Assembly (NCBI GenBank): GCA_002269645.1
Contig: NIVC01001379.1
Location: forward strand, 62,001 to 126,000
Length of the DNA stretch: 64,000 bases
Direction: 5' to 3'
DNA from: Macrostomum lignano
Lineage: Eukaryota
Shown here: piece by piece, positions 33,301 to 45,864 of the stretch
How the letters are laid out: each line of letters starts with the position of its first letter
How positions within the stretch are numbered: position 1 is the first letter of the stretch
The notes under the pieces: generated by a model
Told to the model about the DNA's origin: nothing
What the model saw: the letters and a program-made list of their open reading frames with translations, nothing else
Database searches by the model: none
Made by a program: the position numbers and the translations under genes

Positions 33301-36300
33301 GGGCCAGGCTCCCAGAGTGTCAGTTGCTGGGCCAACCTCCCAGAGTGTCAGTTGCTGGGCCAGCCTCCCAGATCCTCAGTTGCTGGGCCAGCCTCCCAGA
33401 TCCTCAGTTGCTGGGCCAGCCTCCCAGAGTGTCAGTTGCTGGGCCAGCCTACCAGATCCTCAGTTGCTGGGCCAGCCTCCCAGAGTGTCAGTTGCTGGGC
33501 CAGCCTTTCAGATCCTTACTCGCCAGGCCAGCCTACCTTAGCATTCTTAGTAGCTGGGCCGCCATCCTTTCGAGTACAAGTATGTCTAATCAAATTAATC
33601 TGCATAGGAGATCTTATAGTTTTCGTGACTGTAGCATAGTAGCGAGGTGCACTTTAGTTCTGTTTAACACAGGCTACATGTACCGTATTGTTCGGAATTT
33701 CTGCAGAAGCAGCGGCTAAATAACTTGATTTACCAACTGACGGGCTTAAGAAACTATTTAAAGTGAAAGTTGCGTTAATTTTACAGAGGGGGTGGGTGAA
33801 AACTGCATTCTTACAGAAAATAGTTAATTGCGCAGATAATTGCGGATCATACAATCGAACTATGATTTCACCCTTCAGTTTCTCAGGAATCGTTGCGCAT
33901 TTGCATGCGTAGTTTGGTTTTCATTTAGCGTATATAATTTCACGGAAAGTTATATTATATATTGAGTTGTTTATCCCGTATAAAACTAGAACGGTCACAT
34001 TTTTACCCTCTGTGTTTTGTGACCCTCAAACAACGGTATCGCATGTGAACCTCCATTGTGAACCTTATATGTGACCGTCGAATAAACGGTCACTCATGAG
34101 ACCATCAATCAATGTGACTCAAAAATGTGACCGTTTATTTGATGGTCACATTATTAACTGACGGTCACATCGTGCACTTGGCGGTCACATTACAGTCGCA
34201 CTTGACGGTCACATTACAGTCGCACTTGACGGTCACATTACAGTCACACTTCACGGTCGCATTACAGTCACACTTGGCGGTCACATTACAGTCACACTTG
34301 AAGGTCACATTACAGTCACACTTGAAGGTCACATTACAGTCACACTTTACGGTCACTTTACGGTCACACTTGGCGGTCACAGCACGGTCACACTTGACGG
34401 TCACATTACAGTCACAATTGACGGTCACATTACAGTCACACTTGAAGGTCACATTACAGTCACACTTGACGGTCACATTACAGTTACACTTGAAGGTCAC
34501 ATTACAGTCACACTTTATGGTCACTTTACGGTCACACTTGGCGGTCACAGCACGGTCACACTTGACGGTCACATTACAGTCACAATTGACGGTCACATTA
34601 CAGTCACACTTGAAGGTCACATTACAGTCACACTTGACGGTCACATTACAGTTACACTTGAAGGTCACATTACAGTCACACTTTACGGTCACTTTACGGT
34701 CACACTTGGCGGTCACATCACGGTCACACTTGACGGTCACAAGCGTGACAAGCAGTGTCACAATTTTAACGGTCACCAAAAATGTGACCGCCTAACAATT
34801 ATAGGGCTGCGAATTCTCAGCCTGGAAATTGCTTATCTGACTCAAACTTTCTCTTGAGTGCAATCTAAAATAGCAGAGGCGGGCTTGGGCATTTCGGTGT
34901 ACACGCAATGTACGCACACCTGTGTTATAAACACTGGCGCTTGTTTTGTGTTTTATCAGTTCGCACCGACAAACTCAGACAGTTTTTGAGGCATTAGCAA
35001 TTTCCGTAAACCTCCCAACAGTGGATCTCAACCTGGACTCCGGCCCCACGAAAGCGCGCCAGCTGATGCACCAGGTGGCCACGCCCGGCAGCAGCGAACG
35101 CTTAGACGACTCCTTTGACTACGTATTCGCCGAGGCCAACTTGCACGACGGCAATGTCGACACGGCGTCAGACGAATTCCTGGCCAGCTTGGAGTCGGCC
35201 AGGCAGGAGATCCAGCGTCGCCGAGCCGATCGGGAGGCTGCGCTGGACGCCGCCGAGCTCGCGGCTGGCCGGCCTCATCAAATTAAACACGCCCCGTCGC
35301 CCTACGAGGCCTATTTCCCCGAGGGAAATTTTCCCGACGCCGATAGTCAGTCGGTTTGGACCTACGATTCTTCTGGCACGCCAACTGAAGCAGCTAGTAG
35401 GGCCACTTCCGGTCGGGCTACGCCTGTGCTGGACCGGATGCTGGAGCAGAATCTGGCTATGATGCCGATTTTTACTACTAATGCTGCTGCAGCCACGGCT
35501 GCTACTATTAGCAGTAGCAGCGCCGCTAGCAAGGCTCAGACGGCCTTATTGTCAGCGGCGGCGGCGGCGGCTGCGGACGCTCCGTTAGCCGCGGCAGAGA
35601 AACCAGCGCCAGAGGCAGCGGCTCGGGTTCGAATCCCGGCCCCGGCGGATGTGACGCCGTCGCAGACGCAGCCGCAGCCACAGTCGCAGTCACCGTCGAA
35701 GGTGGCAGCACAGTCGGCTACTACAGCGCCAGCCACGTCAACAGCTGCTACTGTTAGTAGTCAGCAGAGAAAAGCTGCGCCTCAAAGTGGCGATCGCGTT
35801 AAAATTGTTCCGCTAACGCAGCCGGCATTTCCCGACATGTACAAGGAGCTGGCCTACAGTCAGGCGTCGTTGAACATTGTCAGCTACTTCGGCGGCGGCC
35901 CTGGCGCCATCGACATTCCGCTGGACGGCGACGGCGAAGGTAACGCGGGCAACAACGACGGAGACGACGCCGACGACAACGCGCCGGGTAGCCGAGCTTC
36001 GCGGGCCGTTCTCGACACCGATCTGGAATCGTCTGACGACGACGACGATATCGGTGGTCGGTATCAGGGCGGCCAAGACGGCGACGGCGATGATGACGAC
36101 GACGACGATGCTAAGACTGTAGACGGGGGCAGCGGCGCCGAGAACGACGACTTCGACGACGAAGGTAGCGGTGCGAAGCCGCCGGCCACGGCTACAGCGA
36201 TGTCGCCTCCACCTCCGATGCAGCTGTCCGGCATGGTCGCCTCGCCGTCTGGCTTGACGTCGCCTTCCAGCGCCGCCTCGGTGGTGACAGCCGAGGAGCT

Positions 36301-39177
36301 CAACTCCCGTCGGCAGCAGCCGTCGACCACAACAACGACGACGACAAACACCGAGGACGACGGCGACGATAATGACAGCCAGTACGACGATGTTAAAGTC
36401 GAAGGCGAGGCCGAGGCGCAGCCCTCAGCTCAGGGTGGCGGTCGGTTGAAGACATTTTTCAAGTCGTCAGCGTCTCGCTCGAAAGCCAAGAAGAAGCGCA
36501 AGTTGACGAAGGCCCAGCGCGAGCAGCAGCAGCAACAGCAGCAGCAAAAGCAGAGGCAGAAAAAGTCTTCCGGTACAAGCAACGGGGAGAGCGGCGCAGC
36601 TCGAGATAAGAATGCGACAACTTCCGAGACAGAGCACAGCGATACTCCTACGCCTGACGCTGTGCCAGCTTCCCGCCGGCATCAACCTCAGCAGCAGCAG
36701 CAGCAGCAGCCCGCCCGCCCATCCAGCGTGTACTCCCGCTACTCACTCTCCGATTCGCTGCGGCAGGAGATCGACTCCCTGCTGCCCGACAGCGTGCCCG
36801 GCAGCGAAAAGCGCGACGAAGCCGGCAAGGAATTGCGCGAAAAAATCTCGCGAGCTCAGGTGAAATCCCGGCATCCAGCCGAAATGCCAATGAATTTGTC
36901 CATGTCCGTAATCCACCACCCAGGCCTCTAATCTGATACAGGCACTGCCTTTATTTAATTCGGGCCTCATAATAGCCCTACGCTGGTGAGATAATCTACC
37001 CTGCTCTAATGGGATAATCTACCCCACTCTAATGGGATTATCTACCTTACTCTAATGGGATTATCTACCCTACTCTACTGGGATAATCTACCCTACTCTA
37101 CTGGGATAATCTACCCTACTCTAATGGGATTATCTACCCTACTCTACTGGGATTATCTACCCTACTCTACTGGGATAATCTACCCTACTCTTATGGGATT
37201 ATCTACCCTACTCTAATGGGATTATCTACCCTACTCTAATGGGATTATCTACCTTACTCTAATGGGATTATCTACCCTACTCTACTGGGATAATTTACCC
37301 TTCTCTACTGGGATAATCTACCCTACTCTTATGGGATAATCTACCTTACTCTAATGGGATTATCTACCCTACTCTAATGGGATTATCTACCCTACTCTAC
37401 TGGGATAATCTACACTACTCTAATGCGATAATCTACCCTACTCTAATAGGATAATCTACCCTACTCTACTTGGATAATCTACCCTACTCTAATGGGATTA
37501 TCTACTTACTCTACTGAGATAATCGTCTTTATCTACTGAGATAATCACCGCCCATCCGTGACTGCTTTCGTATCCAGCCATCGCAGCAAGAATCGAACCC
37601 CTTCACTGAACCTCATCTCGCACAGGCGCGTACAGCGGAAGTTGAAGCCGAGCGCTCCGAACTGGCCTCGGCCGCCGCCTCAGGGCAAGCCATCGACAAC
37701 AAGCGATTAGTGGCCCTAGTCGAAGAGAAAGACGCCCTACTAAGGCTGGAGTTTGAGCTCGCCTGCGAGTTAAAAGAGCTGGAATTATTGGAGTTGGAAG
37801 AGAAGTTGCTGGATTGCTTCCGCAGGCTGATGTCGCTGCCGCAGTCGGAGCGCACCGATCATCACGACGCTCTGGAGCGGGGCATTGTTCGGATGCGGCT
37901 CGATGTCACCTGCGAACGGGATCGGCTGGTTGCCGAGTTGGAGGACCTCAGGCTCAGGTGAGCTATCAAACTCCCTAGCTCCCCAGTTCCCGTGGGGGGA
38001 TCGGCTATCATCCCTTCCCCATCCCCAGTTCCCGTGTGGGGATCGGCTATCATCCTTCCCCATCCCCTGTTCCCGTGGGGGGATCGGCTATTATCCCCTT
38101 CCCCATCCCCAGTTCCCGTGTGGGGATCGGCTATCATCCCTTCCCCATCCCCTGTTCGCGTGTGGGGATCGGCTATCATCCCTTCCCCATCCCCTGTTCC
38201 CGTGTGGGGATCGGCTATTATCCCTTCCCCATACCCAGTTCCCGTGTGAGGATCGGCTATTATCCCCTTCCCCATCCCCAGTTCCCGTGTGGGGATCGGC
38301 TATCACCCCTTCCCCATCCCCAGTTCCCGTGTGGGTATCGGCTATTATCCCCTTCCCCATACCCAGTTCCCGTGTGGGGATCGGCTATCCCTTCCCCATC
38401 CCCAGTTCCCGTGTGGGGATCGGCTATTATCCCCTTCCCCATCCCCAGTTCCCGTGTGGGGATCGGCTATCACCCCTTCCCCATCCCCAGTTCCCGTGTG
38501 GGGATCGGCTATCCCTTCCCCATCCCCTGTTCCCGTGTGGGGATCGGCTATCACCCCTTCCCCATCCCCAGTTCCCGTGTGGGGATCGGCTATCACCCCT
38601 TCCCCATCCCCAGTTCCCGTGTGGGTATCGGCTATTATCCCCTTCCCCATACCCAGTTCCCGTGTGGGGATCGGCTATCCCTTCCCCATCCCCAGTTCCC
38701 GTGTGGGGATCGGCTATTATCCCCTTCCCCATCCCCAGTTCCCGTGTGGGGATCGGCTATCACCCCTTCCCCATCCCCAGTTCCCGTGTGGGGATCGGCT
38801 ATCCCTTCCCCATCCCCTGTTCCCGTGTGGGGATCGGCTATCCCTTCCCCATCCCCAGTTCCCGTGTGGGGATCGGCTATCACCCCTTCCCCATCCCCAG
38901 TTCCCGTGTGGGTATCGGCTATTATCCCCTTCCCCATCCCCAGTTCCCGTGTGGGTATCGGCTATTATCCCCTTCCCCATACCCAGTTCCCGTGGGGGGA
39001 TCGGCTTCCCTAACGTGCTCCCCACAATGGCCATCACTCGGCAGGGAGGCGGACGCTGACGCGGCCAAGGCGGACATTCTTCGCCGCAAAGGCGTGCTGC
39101 CCGAGCCCGGAGATCAGGCTGGCGCCACCGCGGACCTCATCAGGCAGGGCGCATCCAGGGAGTCCCAGCTGATCTGA
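21378..39177 (+). CDS. MICAL: MICAL family F-actin monooxygenase (FAD monooxygenase - CH - LIM - long low-complexity region - C-terminal bMERB/coiled coil), ~2033 aa, 8 exons
   Basis: Exons 21378-22021, 22608-23424, 24507-24686, 24811-26348, 30965-31536, 35022-36859, 37578-37957 and 39045-39177; all GT-AG with consistent phases (6102 nt). Motifs: [72 protein letters not shown]; C-terminal LVALVEEKDALL..ERDRLVAELEDLRLRE. Confidence 0.93.
22120..22505. repeat. 24/26-bp minisatellite in MICAL intron 1
   Basis: Unit GAGAGTCGCCCT(CAAGATGTT/AAACCTGCT)ATTGA. Confidence 0.92.
23450..24320. repeat. 17-bp minisatellite in MICAL intron 2
   Basis: Unit TTCAACTGGGATACCTG, ~50 copies, starting ~25 nt after the donor. 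Confidence 0.95.
26428..27210. repeat. 26-bp pyrimidine-rich minisatellite in MICAL intron 4
   Basis: Unit CTCTTCTCATCCCTTTCACTCTCA(C/G)C. Confidence 0.95.
28106..29118. mobile_element. Putative non-autonomous inverted-repeat DNA element in MICAL intron 4
   Basis: CATTATTCCACAGTTTTG (28109-28126) versus CAAAAGTGTGGAATAATG (28986-29003; partial copy 28961-28978). TGGCCATTATTC / GAATAATGGCCA pairs and several CCATAGAC motifs in both orientations. No TSD found. Confidence 0.4.
29699..30887. repeat. 23-bp minisatellite (~50 copies) in MICAL intron 4
   Basis: Unit CAGGTCAAGTGAGGTTCAGGCAA. Confidence 0.97.
31745..32265. repeat. 31-bp minisatellite in MICAL intron 5
   Basis: Unit ATATTGACATGATCATAGAGTGACTCACATT, with degenerate flanking copies from ~31590. 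Confidence 0.95.
33215..33510. repeat. 39-bp minisatellite in MICAL intron 5
   Basis: Built from CAGTTGCTGGGCCAGCCTCCCAGA + TCCT/GTGT. It explains the repetitive ORFs 33027-33719. Confidence 0.9.
33992..34790. mobile_element. ~800-bp element with 13-bp terminal inverted repeats and a central 24-bp tandem array
   Basis: CGGTCACATTTTT (33992-34004) and AAAAATGTGACCG (34778-34790). Array unit CACTTGACGGTCACATTACAGTCA (34170-34740). Local GGTCAC..GTGACC hairpins at both ends. Confidence 0.6.
36985..37520. repeat. 23-bp minisatellite in MICAL intron 6
   Basis: Unit CTAATGGGATTATCTACCCTACT. Confidence 0.95.
37975..39010. repeat. ~39-43-bp minisatellite filling MICAL intron 7
   Basis: Unit TTCCCCATCCCCAGTTCCCGTGTGGGGATCGGCTA(TTA)TCCCC. 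It explains the stack of repetitive ORFs 37785-39177. Confidence 0.95.
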
Positions 39178-40044
39178 CTCTGGCTTCTGTTAGATTTTGT
39201 GTTTTCGTTGGCATAGCAACGCACGGCGCCTAATGCTGCTTTTGTCAGTTTTTTATTCTCCCGTGCTTCTGAATATAAAATTAATGAATATGGATTGAAG
39301 TGCACCATTGTGTTACAGCAGCTGTTGCGTTCTGCCTGACTATGCGTTACCTTTATACGAATTATTTTTCTTACTTTACCTACTAATACTATCCTATACT
39401 GCTTCTCCCCGTTACTACTACTAGTACTAGTTAAGCGTTTTAAAACTATTTTGTACGTAAAAATTGTAACCTCTATAGAAAAAAGTGGCTAATTATTAAT
39501 AAAATGGAATATTCTAATTTTATTAATTGTATTACGCAACCAATTAGTGAGTGCACCGGATCTCTAGTCTGCCACCCCGTGGCCCCGTTTGTCTACTGTT
39601 ATTGATTGAATTGTTAAATTAAAAGTCAATTTTTTTAGTCTTTTTAGCTACCAACTCTTTGCCCGCGCTCTGCTTTCACCTGCGCCCCGAGTCTGCCTGC
39701 TAATATATAGTAATATTAGTAATTTATTACCACCGATGTGTGTTGTATATAATACTACTTATTGCTAACGGCAGTAGTATAGCGCGCTGTATTAATTTAT
39801 TAAATTAGAGAACAGTAAAACGAAGAGAATGATTTGACCAGACCAAAACTGCTTTTGCTGCGCTCTATTGCTCATTGGCTTGCTGAGTAGTTTTTTTTAC
39901 AAAAAATAGTATTGCATCGCATGGGTCTGCGAGTTTTTAAATTAATAATTAGCTTCCATTTTGGCAACTCGATTCAGAAACCCGTCTTCAGCTGATCTTT
40001 CAGTCTTGGCTTTCATAGACTACTGTCTTTGCCTTTGCTCTGTC

Positions 40045-40120
40045 TGTCTGTCTGTCTTAGTGTCTTAGTGTCTGCCTGTCTGTCTGCCTGTCTGTCGGTT
40101 TGTCTGTCTGTCTGTCTGCC

Positions 40121-40201
<81 letters not shown>

Positions 40202-40204
40202 GCC

Positions 40205-40265
<61 letters not shown>

Positions 40266-40295
40266 TAGTGTCTTAGTGTCTTAGTGTCTGTCTGT
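40045..40295. repeat. (CTGT)n microsatellite
   Basis: Direct reading. Confidence 0.97.
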
Positions 40296-41217
40296 TGTCA
40301 CTTCGATCTGCAGCAAATTCTATCTAACGAAACCTTGGCTTACCGTCTATCTTCCTGTGTGATTCAATAAAACGTATTAACTGTACATTACGAGTTGAAA
40401 TATGAATTATTTTGCTTTCAATGCTGAGCATCTTCGCTAAAATTCAAATTAGCAAATTTCCCGCTCTCAATTGCAATAATACCGAATTTCACCCTTGTCC
40501 ATGTAGCTGCAAAATCTACCCGAAACTCCTTCGATATTACTTACAATTGGTGAGTAGTTATGCAAGTTTATTACTTACACTCACACTGTATAATGCTGCT
40601 GGCTTTGCTTGAATCATCTAATTATCAGTGATTCGGTGTCTTTAAAAGTACAAAGCAAACTTTTAGACCTGTCGGCGACGCGCACCGTCATTTCCTTTTT
40701 TCCCGTCTATGCATAGGAAATTTGTACTTTTGCCTTACCTCCCTGGAGTTTTAATTTCGAATCGCTAGCCGTTTGCAGTTTCTTTCCCATCATATGTACT
40801 TTTCATTTTTTTCTCTTGTGATTCTCAACTCGAGTCCATCCGATTGAGTTTCTCCGACCCCAAGTTTTTGTTTGTTTTATCTGGTCTGGTATGAATAAAT
40901 TATGATCTACTGTAGGCAGAATTTCCTGATTCTGATTTTTTATAGCCTATCTAGCGCTTCTCCTTGGGGGGTCAATCTTTCTAAAAATTGGATTGGATTT
41001 CTTTCTACACGTTAAATAAATATGATACTAATATATTTATATATTTATACAAATATTTATGCCTACTATGCATGCATCTTTCAGTAAAGAAATTCATAAA
41101 TGCAATTTTTTGCTAAACTTGTCATCCTGCTCGCCGCTCCTCAATATTGCACCCGGTTTTGTCTTCACTTCTTTTTCGCACACTAAGGAGTAGGGACTCA
41201 ATAATCAGATTGCCCTT

Positions 41218-42245
41218 TGGCCAGTGATAGATTGGATGAAAAATACCCCGTACCTGTAATAAATAACCCCTCTAGCCAGTGATAGATTGGATGAAAAATA
41301 CCCCGTACCTGTAATAAATAACCCCTCTAGCCAGTGATAGATTGGATGAGAAATACCCCGTACCTGTAATAAATAACCCCTCTAGCCAGTGATAGATTGG
41401 ATGAGAAATACCCAGTACCTGTAATAAATACCCCTCTGGCCAGTGATAGATTGGATGAGAAATACCCCGTACCTGTAAAAAATACCCCCTCTGGCCAGTG
41501 ATAGATTGGATAAGAAATACTCCGTACCTGTAATAAATACCCCCTCTGGCCAGTGACAGATTCGGTGAGAAATACCCACTCTAGCTAGTGATAGATTCGG
41601 TGAGAAATACCCTTCTCTAGCCAGTGATAGATTCGGTGAGAAATACCCTTCTCTAGCCAGTGACAGATTCGGTGGGAAATACCCTGTCTAGCTAGTGATA
41701 GATTCGGTGAGAAATACCCTTTTCTAGCCAGTGATAGATTCGGTGAGAAATACCCACTCTAGCTAGTGATAGATTCGGTGAGAAATACCCTGTCTAGCTA
41801 GTGATAGATTCGGTGAGAAATACCCTGTCTAGCTAGTGATAGATTCGGTGAGAAATACCCTGTCTAGCTAGTGATAGATTCGGTGGGAAATACCCACTCT
41901 AGCTAGTGATAGATTCGGTGAGAAATACCCTCTCTAGCTAGTGATAGATTCGGTGAGAAATACCACCTCTAGCTAGTGATAGATTCGGTGGGAAATACCC
42001 TGTCTAGCCAGTGATAGATTCGGTGAGAAATACCCTCTCTAGCTAGTGATAGATTCGGTTGGAAATACCCTCTCTAGCTAGTGATAGATTCGGTGAGAAA
42101 TGCCCTCTCTAGCTAGTGATAGATTCAGTGAGAAATACCCTCTCTAGCTAGTGATAGATTCGGTGGGAAATACCCTGTCTAGCCAGTGATAGATTTGGTG
42201 AGAAATACCCTTTCTAGCTAGTGTTAGATTCGGTGAGAAATACCT
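41218..42245. repeat. Compound minisatellite: 55-bp units changing to 35-bp units
   Basis: CCAGTGATAGATTGGATGAAAAATACCCCGTACCTGTAATAAATAACCCCTCTAG about 6 times, then CTAGCTAGTGATAGATTCGGTGAGAAATACCC.. about 19 times. Confidence 0.93.
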
Positions 42246-42699
42246 CTCAGCAAAGGATAGAGCTAAGGAAAACCATCCCTTTGTTATAATAAAAAATGGA
42301 TAAGAACTTCCTCCTCAAGAAAGTGAAAGATCGTTGACAAATACAGCGGTTAATAATGAGTGAATCTCTTTTTGTTTGTTATTTGTTATACTTGACTACC
42401 AAACATTTCAGTTTACAAAATCGGTCATAAGTACGCGCATCGCGGAACTGCATTGTCAAACTGCTTGTACTGTCTTCCAATCTGATCAGCAATAATGAGC
42501 AATTTTAATCCACTTCTCACTATGGAGGCGTGCGTGTATGTTAGTAAGTTTTAATGTCTAATTTCTGTTATATTAGCATATATTACTGTAAAAGTACTCG
42601 CTACATCATGTACTATTCACCCGCAACCAATAGCATTAACCATATCCCACCCACTATCACCCTATCCGCCTTATTACACACAAAACTCCATCGCTCCCA

Positions 42700-43265
42700 T
42701 CACCTTGACAGACACACCAACCCATCAAACCCACCACCCCAACGCACTCACCACCCCATCGCACCAACCACCCCATCAAACCCACCACCCCATCAAACCC
42801 ACCACCCCATCAAACCCACCACCCCATCGCACCCACCACCCCATCGCACCCACCACCCCATCAAACCTACTACCCCATCACACCCACCACCCCATCACAC
42901 CCAACACCCCATCAAACCCACCACCCCATCAAACCCACCACCCCATCAAACCCACTACCCCATCAAACCCACCACCCCATCAAACCCACTACCCCAACGC
43001 ACTCACCACCCCATAGCACCCACCACCCCATCAAACCTACCACCCCATCACACCCACCACCCCATCAAACCCACTACCCCAACGCACTCACCACCCCATA
43101 GCACCCACCACCCCATCAAACCTACCACCCCATCACACCCACCACCCCATCAAACCCAATACCCCAACGCACTCACCACCCCATAGCACCCACCACCCCA
43201 TCAAACCTACCACCCCATCAAACCACCACCTTATCAAACCCACCACCCCATCGCACCCACCACCC
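42700..43265. repeat. 17-bp C-rich minisatellite
   Basis: Unit CCCACCACCCCATCAAA and variants. Confidence 0.93.
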
Positions 43266-43336
43266 ACATCGCCCATAGTTTCGCTAAAAAGCGCCCTAAA
43301 AAAACACCCCCTATTCCAGAATCGTCAATCCCGTCC

Positions 43337-45864
43337 ATGTCAAAGTGGAAAGATGTCTGCCTTGTGCTGATGCCCGACAGCACCCTTGGCTGGTACAAAA
43401 TCAATAGGAAACTTATTGGCAGCGTGAAACTATCGGTATGAGGCCGTCATTCTGGTTGCTTATTGTAATGCATGTGCTCTATTTTTAATTTATTGTTACA
43501 ATGCTCAACGCTTTGCAATGTTCCAGTCGGTGTGCAAGTACCTATGCGTTGGCCACATGGCTAAGGCGTTTACTAAAGCGCCGAAATTGCCCCGGGACGC
43601 CGATCTGAACCAGCTGCTAGGCGTGCCAGTCATGTGCGAACCTGTGCCGGATAAGATGCACTGGTTCTGCTTCGATCATGTCAAGCATCTCATGTAAGTT
43701 TGGACTGCTTTCCCGCTGTATTGAGTGTCACATTCCGTCTGTGCCTATTCACCATGCTGGAGAATCACAAATTCTTTTTTAAGAAATCCCAATCAGTCTG
43801 AGAAATCCCAATAATTCTGTAAAATCCCAATCATTCTAAAAAATCACAATCCTTTCTTAAAAAAACCCAATCCCCATGCTGACAAATCCCAATCCTCATT
43901 CTAAAAAATCCTAATCCCAATTTTCAAAAATCATCAACCGTCTCATTAACACACCGATCTATTTTTCCCCAATGCTTACTCCACAGCAAGTTCCTGCAAG
44001 CCCTGGACACAGTTTTAAAGCCGTCCGCGCCTTCAAAACATGCCGTGGCCGAGAAGTCGGCAGCAGAGCCGTCCGCTCCGCCTGCGCCTCCGCCAGCCTA
44101 CGACGAAGCGACATCGGCGAGCACGGAGGAAACCGAGCCAGCAGCAGCCAATCAGGACAATGATCGGCGGAAAGCGTTGCTAACCGCCGGCGGTCTCCTA
44201 GCGACCGGCCTGTTGCTAGGGCCAGACTCCGGCTGGTCTTGGGGCTACGGCTGGGGCGGCTCCGGCGCGGTCAGCGGCCCGGTGTTCCAGGATATCGACG
44301 AGCGCGAACTGCTGGCCTACTGCCTTCCGGCCAGAGGCCTGCGCGGCATAGCGGGCCCGGCCGGTTGCGGCAACCGGGGCAGCATGAGTCACCGCTACAA
44401 CCGGGCCTATCAGAGGTTCAATAGCGATTTGGGCAACAATTTGGATCGCTGGGAAGAGGACCAGGTGAATAAATTAGTATATAGACTAGCGTACTAAGCC
44501 CCCCATGGGGGCATTCAACTTCATAATATTTGATCCAGCACTTCCAAATCGATTTTTCCATCGCTAGGTTTTTTGTATTATTTCGACACATATCGGCTTT
44601 ATTTCTCTAGTTTTATACTTTTCGATTCATATCGGCTTTATTTCTCTAGTTTCATACTTTTCGATACATATCGGCTTAATTTCTCGGCCAGACGGTTTTC
44701 GAAAAAAACGCAGACGGACAGTCAGACAGACAAAAAGCGCAAAAGTAGTATATAGATATATCATTATATCTGCAAGTTAAGCGGAGTCGGCTGTGGTTAG
44801 TAATATAATTGCTGGGGCTGTGGGCACCCTGGCGCAACGCCATTGGCGAAATCGCCGCACACCCAATTGCTGACTTCTGAGCACATACATGTACAAGCGT
44901 GCGGATCTGTACGCTGGCGCGCACTCATACACACGCTCCCACAGGGTGTACAGCGGCCCTGTACTCTCAATTATTCAAGTAATTGATAGGTCAGTATAAA
45001 AATCAATCATTTATCAATCACACTGAGTCCACCAATCAGCAAGTCAACTCCGAATACCCGTTGGCGCAGGACCGACGCGCTGCCCGACGTCGTTCCGACG
45101 CCGCTGCCGACGAAGCCGGCCGGGCCACCACCGCCGAGGAGCTCGGCGCTTCCCTGGCCGTCGTTTCAGCAGCTGCCGCCGCCGCCGCCGGGGCTGAGCA
45201 CTGCGCCAGCAGCCTGCAAGACTTCTACGATATTGGCGACATCCATGGAGGCTACGGCGTCAACGAACTGGGCGACGCGTCCAACACGGCGATGCTGATG
45301 GCTGCTGCTGCGGCAGCTGACGATGAAGATCAATTCGGACACGAACTGTCGAGTTCGCGCATCGCCGGCGGCTGTTGCCCGGACACGGAGGCCACCTTCG
45401 TTAGCGACGACGCTGCGATGTCGGTGGCGGCGACTGCTGCAGACGTCGATGTCGATGACGCGCTGACAACCGCGGCCCTGATGGCGGCCGACGAGGATCT
45501 TCGCGACGAGCTGGTCAGCAAGGAACTCGACGACTTCCATCTGGCCGCCGTCGACGACATCGACGCTTTCGGCGGCCGTGGCGCTGATCGGGACGCCGAC
45601 GACACCGACGACTTGCACCTGCTGTACTCGGAGCACCAGGACGCCAGCGACGGCCACTGCCAGGGTGAGTGTGGCGGCGACCCCTACGACTGTCGGGACG
45701 CTGCCGCCGAATTCGAGGATCTGCTGCGCGACGAAGAGGACGAATTGGCGGCTGAAAAGCTGGAGGACGAGGTTGACTACTATGACGACAGGTACGGCGA
45801 CGACTACGGCTACGGCGACGACGGATTTGGCGGTGACGATTTTGGACGAGATGACGACTTTTAA
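43337..45864 (+). CDS. PH-domain protein, evectin/PLEKHB-like, with long acidic Ala/Asp/Gly tail (~512 aa, 4 exons; an upstream exon is possible)
   Basis: Exons 43337-43435, 43527-43693, 43987-44464 and 45070-45864 with consistent phases. SKWKDVCLVLMPDSTLGWYK..GSVKL..CKYLCVG..PKLPRDADLNQLLGV..KMHWFCFDHVKHLIKFLQAL resembles a PH fold, followed by PPPAY and a GGLLATGLLLG..WSWGYGWG segment like that of evectins. Confidence 0.65.
44486..44756 (-). mobile_element. 271-bp non-autonomous Helitron-like element in intron 3 of the PH gene
   Basis: Minus: A|TCTATATACTAC 5' end, (CTGT)-like tract near the 5' end, GCCCCCATGGGGGGC hairpin, 8 nt, CTAG|T 3' end. Inserted at AT with no TSD. Confidence 0.7.

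Noticed and set aside
34946-35021. ORF start and acceptor at 34959 for MICAL exon 6
   Set aside because: It is phase 2, incompatible with the phase-1 donor at 31536. The acceptor at 35021 fits.
37785-39059. Long Pro/Gly-rich ORFs (430, 325 and 256 aa)
   Set aside because: They translate the intron-7 minisatellite. Only 37578-37957 and 39045-39177 are MICAL exons.
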